In this document: positions 60,420-64,000 of the stretch, piece after piece | How the letters are laid out: each line of letters starts with the position of its first letter | Position numbering within the stretch: the first letter of the stretch is position 1 | Assembly (NCBI GenBank): GCA_028345065.1 | Contig: JAOMCN010000001.1 | Span: forward strand, 21,605-85,604 | Reading direction: 5' to 3' | Source: Rhodospirillales bacterium | GTDB taxonomy: Bacteria; Pseudomonadota; Alphaproteobacteria; Rhodospirillales; UBA2165 | Length of the DNA: 64,000 bases | Notes under the pieces: model-generated | Told to the model about the DNA's origin: nothing | Seen by the model: the letters and a program-made list of their open reading frames with translations, nothing else | Database searches by the model: none | Program-made: the position numbers and the translations under genes

Positions 60420-60716
60420 TGGTGCCGCTTGGGTGATTTGAACACCCGACCCCCGCATTCATCACACTACAACTTTCGTTGCCACCCACATTATAGTGTG
60501 GGTGTTCGTGCGCTGGACTTTCCCTTCATCATACCAACAGAAGTTGGCTTAGATGCTCACCGTCAAGTCTCTACACCTCTCCCTCTTGGGGCCTTGGCTC
60601 GGGATTGCCATTTTAAAGGTTTCCCCGACTTTGATGAGTGTTCACCCAAAGGTTTCCCAATGGGGACGCAATTTATAATTACGAATGCGATGCTCTACCA
60701 GCTGAGCTAAAGCGGC
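60420..60716 (-). tRNA. tRNA-Thr(CGU), interrupted by a group I intron (exons 60716..60681 and 60459..60420; CCA encoded)
   Basis: The joined exons give a 76-nt cloverleaf: GCCGCUUUAGCUCAGCUGGUAGAGCAUCGCAUUCGUAAUGCGGGGGUCGGGUGUUCAAAUCACCCAAGCGGCACCA. It has a 7-bp acceptor stem with G1-C72 and C2-G71, A73, GCUC/GAGC D stem, UCGCA/UGCGG anticodon stem, loop UU-CGU-AA, and GGGUG/CACCC T stem with a UUCAAAU loop. Confidence 0.9.
60460..60680 (-). ncRNA. group I intron, IC3-like, 221 nt, no ORF
   Basis: It is inserted after U36. The P1 hairpin is CGU|AAUU-AUA-AAUUGCG with a U.G at the splice site. Core blocks match those recalled from the Azoarcus and Anabaena tRNA introns: GGGAAACC, CAAAGUCGGGGAAACC, AUGGCAAUCCCGAGCCAAG, AGGUGUAGAGACUUGACGG, CUAAG...UAUGAUGAAGG, AAGUCCAG. 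Covariation is seen in P3 (CUCAU/GUGAG) and P7 (GACUU/AAGUC). The terminal nucleotide is G (omega-G). Confidence 0.88.
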
Positions 60717-60788
60717 ACTAGGATATAACTAAACTGAAGATCCAGATACATCAACAACCATCACAAAGTCTAAATCGTTCAGATACAA

Positions 60789-62255
60789 CTAATTATTACA
60801 CAATACTTTTAACTCTTGGATGACATTTTCAATAACTTCCTGCCAATTGCCGGGGGTTGATTGGCGAAAAAGTCGAGCGGTGGGGTACCATAGGTTGGTG
60901 TCACCAGATGTTAACCAACGCCAATCTGGGGCATGGTGTAATAGAACCCAAACTGGTTTGCCCAATGCGCCGGCTAGGTGAGCGACCGCAGTATCTGTGG
61001 TGATGACCAGATCTAGTTCCATAATAAGTGCCGCCGTTTCTTGCAATGGTGAGGGTCCGGTATCTATCAGGTTAAATTTATCAGAGAGGTCGTTCGACGC
61101 GTTGGTACCTTCATCTTTTTGAAGGTTAAACCAGTTTATTCCGGCTAAATCTGAGAGGGGTGTAAGGTCTCTCGGTGGAATTTTTCTAAATCTCTCTGCG
61201 GGGTTAGCTGGGTTTCCATTCCAGTTGAGACCGATTTTTGTTCCGGAATACTGTTGTTTCCAGTTACCCCATTTCTGTCGTAATTTTGGATCTACCAGTA
61301 AATATGGACCGTCCGCTGGTATAGTCTCCAGTGTGGTCCCAAGGATCCTAGGGAGATCCATGAAGGGTGCATGAAAATCAAAATCAGGAAGCGTGTCTCC
61401 TTGATTGATAATTTCGTCGGCTAAAACTTGTTTTTGAGCTAAAGGAACAATTGCCTGTGGTAACTCCAAATAAACGTGATCTGCGAGTTGTTTTACTATA
61501 GGCGCGTAACGCATGAAGTGAATGGTGTCGCCTAAACCCTGTTCTGGGTGAAGAAATACTTTCTTTCCTTTTAGATCCTCGCCATTCCAGTTTGGTTGGG
61601 GAAGATTTCTCCGGACACCAGGGAATTTATCCCATTTCCAGCGCCAGGCCATTTCTTCAAAACCGGCGGACATATCTCCTAGGCTCAGCAAGGATAGGGC
61701 TAAATTCCAATGGGCTAGAGCAAAGTCGTGTTGAGCAGAAATAGCGCGGCGATAAGTTGCGACGGCACTTTCTGAATAACCGCAGTCCTTCTCGGCGTTG
61801 CCTAAATTAACGAGCGCTTCAGCGCTTTCTGGGTTCGCGCTCACCGCTTGGCGCGCATAATCAAGAGCTGCGGCAAACTCTCCGTTTTGCCTCAAAAGGG
61901 CGGCAAGATTGCTGAGGGCGTTGGAGTGTTTAGGGTCAAGTTTAATAGCGCGGCGAAAAGCCTGATCGGCGTCTTCATCCCGATTTAAACCCCTATAGAC
62001 CATTCCTAAATTATTATGAAAATGCGCGATGTTTTCATTTAAAGATATTGCCGTACTGATCAAATTCTCGGCTAGAGCATTCTTACTTTTTTGATGAGCG
62101 GCCACACCAAGTAGGTTCCAAAGATCAGGATTATCAGGTGTCGTTTCTAATAAATTTCGATACCGCAAAATAGCCTCATCTATTTGCCCGTTATTGTGTA
62201 GGTCTAAAGCCTCACCGAAGGAACGGTCAAAACCAGAATGATGATTGGATGGCAT
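60789..62255 (-). CDS. TPR-repeat protein with C-terminal glycosyltransferase family 9-like domain
   Basis: It has about 6 N-terminal TPR motifs. The C-terminal pattern is GDTIHFMRYAP...DTAVAHLAGALGKPVWVLL. Confidence 0.65.
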   Translation of the reverse strand: MPSNHHSGFDRSFGEALDLHNNGQIDEAILRYRNLLETTPDNPDLWNLLGVAAHQKSKNALAENLISTAISLNENIAHFHNNLGMVYRGLNRDEDADQAFRRAIKLDPKHSNALSNLAALLRQNGEFAAALDYARQAVSANPESAEALVNLGNAEKDCGYSESAVATYRRAISAQHDFALAHWNLALSLLSLGDMSAGFEEMAWRWKWDKFPGVRRNLPQPNWNGEDLKGKKVFLHPEQGLGDTIHFMRYAPIVKQLADHVYLELPQAIVPLAQKQVLADEIINQGDTLPDFDFHAPFMDLPRILGTTLETIPADGPYLLVDPKLRQKWGNWKQQYSGTKIGLNWNGNPANPAERFRKIPPRDLTPLSDLAGINWFNLQKDEGTNASNDLSDKFNLIDTGPSPLQETAALIMELDLVITTDTAVAHLAGALGKPVWVLLHHAPDWRWLTSGDTNLWYPTARLFRQSTPGNWQEVIENVIQELKVLCNN

Positions 62256-62275
62256 AAAAACTGCTCGACAAGTCT

Positions 62276-63667
62276 TTAATTTTTAGAGTCGAAAGTTTTG
62301 TTGTTGGTGACCCTGTGTGAGACAGATTCAAGGGTCTGAGTGTTATCGTCATCACGTTCATTCTTGTCGATACGTGTAACTCGAGCCGGAGCTTTCCAAA
62401 GTAGACCATCAAATTTTTCACATTGCCCGCATTTTGGTTCCCATTCGGCTACGGTGTTGCCACAATCGTCGCAAACCCAAGCTCGGTCAGGTTCTGACAT
62501 AGAAGCCCGGCGAAGCCACTCTCTGGATTCTTCAACGTCTCCGTTTTCTGCTTCCACTAACTCTGCCATATAGCGGCAAATCCGCGCGGAGGGGTTTGTC
62601 CCTGAAGCGGCTTCCAGATGTTCCCTGGCTTCCTGCCACATTGAGGCAGCCAGGGCTGATTTAGCAATTGCTATGTGGCTTTCTTCGTGGTCCTTGTTAT
62701 ATTTTGCCAAATTCTCCAACGTTCTCATTTTTTCTTGGGGCCCAGCTCCTGGCGCTAGATCGTTCATAACTTCGGCAAGGGAGGGATGAGGGTTGGAAAC
62801 CCAAGATTCTTCCAAGATAGCGGCTGCCTTACGTCGTTTACCAGCACCTTCAAGGAGGCGGGCAGTCCGGACTGCTGCGGGAACAAAATCTGGAGCCAGA
62901 TTAATGGCTTTTTGGGCCTGTTGTAGGGCTTCCCCTAACTTCCCATCGAATTCGTCTTCAAGGCTTCGTTGGTAAAGAAGTATTGCCCGATGACGACGGC
63001 CGGTATGACTATCGATAGTTTTTTGCTTAATTAATTTTTTGACTGTTTCCTCGGCTTTTTCCCAATCACTATTTTTGATTTGTAGGTCAAAAAGCGTCGC
63101 AGTTACAGTATCAGTTTTTGGATTTAAGTGACTTGCCTTCTCGGCAAGTTCAAGAGCCATATTTTGATCGCCTTCTTGAATAGCCTGCTTGAGTTGGCCG
63201 CTAAGGCCTAAATACTTGGTCTCGGATTTCTTTGTCATGGCTTCGAAGAACTTGCCCGCGGCTTTTTCGTCACCTGATAACTGTGCCGATTGAGCCGACA
63301 GAAGCATTGTCAGGTTTGGTTCCGCAAGAAGGATTTCGGCTTTTTTTGAAAGGCGTTTTGCTTCCGCTGCGTCACCGGCAGCTACTGCCAACATTCCTTG
63401 AGTAAGAGCCTTATATCCACGCCCTCGCCTCCAATCCCGTCTTGCATTTCGAGCACGTTTTGGTGCACGTCGGATGAAAGACAATATACTAAACGTGGTC
63501 GCCAGAATTAGAGAAGTGATGATTGCCCCGGAAAACAGGATACCAATAGATGCTTCAATTTGATAACCTAGCCATTGGAGTGATACCGTACCGGGGGTAT
63601 CGGCAATCAAAGCGGCTGCGAGACTGACTAGGGCTAATAAAATAATGAACCAAACGGCTCGTAGCAT
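62276..63667 (-). CDS. hemY: HemY-like heme-biosynthesis-associated TPR membrane protein
   Basis: It has the two N-terminal TM helices of the HemY_N type, TPR-like repeats, and the C-terminal zinc ribbon CDDCGN...CGQC typical of alphaproteobacterial HemY. Confidence 0.75.
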   Translation of the reverse strand: MLRAVWFIILLALVSLAAALIADTPGTVSLQWLGYQIEASIGILFSGAIITSLILATTFSILSFIRRAPKRARNARRDWRRGRGYKALTQGMLAVAAGDAAEAKRLSKKAEILLAEPNLTMLLSAQSAQLSGDEKAAGKFFEAMTKKSETKYLGLSGQLKQAIQEGDQNMALELAEKASHLNPKTDTVTATLFDLQIKNSDWEKAEETVKKLIKQKTIDSHTGRRHRAILLYQRSLEDEFDGKLGEALQQAQKAINLAPDFVPAAVRTARLLEGAGKRRKAAAILEESWVSNPHPSLAEVMNDLAPGAGPQEKMRTLENLAKYNKDHEESHIAIAKSALAASMWQEAREHLEAASGTNPSARICRYMAELVEAENGDVEESREWLRRASMSEPDRAWVCDDCGNTVAEWEPKCGQCEKFDGLLWKAPARVTRIDKNERDDDNTQTLESVSHRVTNNKTFDSKN

Positions 63668-63673
63668 TGAAAG

Positions 63674-64000
63674 TTACTCTTTTGCAATCAGCATAGAGAT
63701 AGCTTTAGCCTGGAGATCGGCTAGCATTTTATTGGCGGCAACATTAGCCCTTGCTTTCCGGAGCCAGGGTTGAACCAACGGGCTTAAGTTTTTAGGAAGC
63801 ACCTCAAGTTCTCTCGCAGCTTTTTCAATATTGTTGTTCTTCAAAGCTCTTTCTGTTCTGGCAACAATGGCCTCTACACTGTTTCCTTCGAACATGTCTG
63901 TGCGTCTCCATTTTAGCGATTTAGAAAGCCGGGCAATTGTGCGGTCCATCAGGTTGTTTCTCTCAGGTAACCTGTCAGATTGAACAATTTTACCGGCCAT
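63674..64000 (-). CDS. Mic60/mitofilin-like (HemX-like) protein, C-terminal part; 5' end lies outside the window
   Basis: The C-terminal pattern ...LEVLPKNLSPLVQPWLRKARANVAANKMLADLQAKA resembles the mitofilin domain. It sits directly upstream of hemY, as in other alphaproteobacteria. Confidence 0.55.
   Translation of the reverse strand: MAGKIVQSDRLPERNNLMDRTIARLSKSLKWRRTDMFEGNSVEAIVARTERALKNNNIEKAARELEVLPKNLSPLVQPWLRKARANVAANKMLADLQAKAISMLIAKE

Noticed and set aside
60078-60710. Track ORFs 60078..60458 (minus, 126 aa) and 60384..60710 (plus, 108 aa).
   Set aside because: They lie across the tRNA-Thr exons and the group I intron. The RNA explanation accounts for the sequence conservation, and the peptides look random.
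1-64000. CRISPR arrays, IS elements, integrases, prophage genes or toxin-antitoxin/defence cassettes.
   Set aside because: I saw no repeat-spacer periodicity, no terminal inverted repeats and no transposase, integrase or phage-like ORFs on either strand. The only island-like signal is the repeat-bracketed TRAP module reported above.

Overview
This 64-kb chromosomal window reads like a (probably marine) alphaproteobacterium. The evidence is the typical synteny blocks: mnmG-rsmG-parA-parB, leuS-lptE-holA, lolA-ftsK, glnK-amtB, ffs-dnaX-ybaB-recR, an SGNH esterase next to ybbA/ybbP-like ABC genes, and mic60-like next to hemY. About 60 protein genes are supported. Most are housekeeping, transport (TTT and TAXI-TRAP systems, MFS, AmtB) or metabolism (scoAB, metY, an HpaB-family oxygenase, 3-hydroxyacyl-CoA dehydrogenase). 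I saw no CRISPR array, transposase, integrase, phage gene or recognisable defence gene. Features the ORF track cannot show are: two exact consensus parS sites at the mnmG/rsmG junction, a 4.5S SRP RNA upstream of dnaX, several strong hairpin terminators, and one tRNA gene. The main finding is that this tRNA, tRNA-Thr(CGU) at 60420..60716 on the minus strand, is split after anticodon base U36 by a 221-nt ORF-less group I (IC3, Azoarcus/Anabaena-like) intron. As far as I know, the classic bacterial tRNA group I introns do not include this host tRNA. Secondary observations are:
- A TAXI-TRAP transporter module is bracketed by a diverged 231-bp direct repeat of the 3' end of a 3-hydroxyacyl-CoA dehydrogenase gene.
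- A DUF3576 lipoprotein gene is broken at an 8-nt homopolymer.
- The conserved N-terminus of rlmN has no canonical start codon.
- A class III nucleotidyl cyclase is fused to a His-rich membrane domain and a 2Fe-2S domain.
- A secreted dienelactone hydrolase carries an EF-hand pair.
- A TctA-TctB fusion permease is present.
Many track ORFs are over-extended at the 5' end because of alternative-start longest-ORF calling. I corrected starts only where the sequence supports it.
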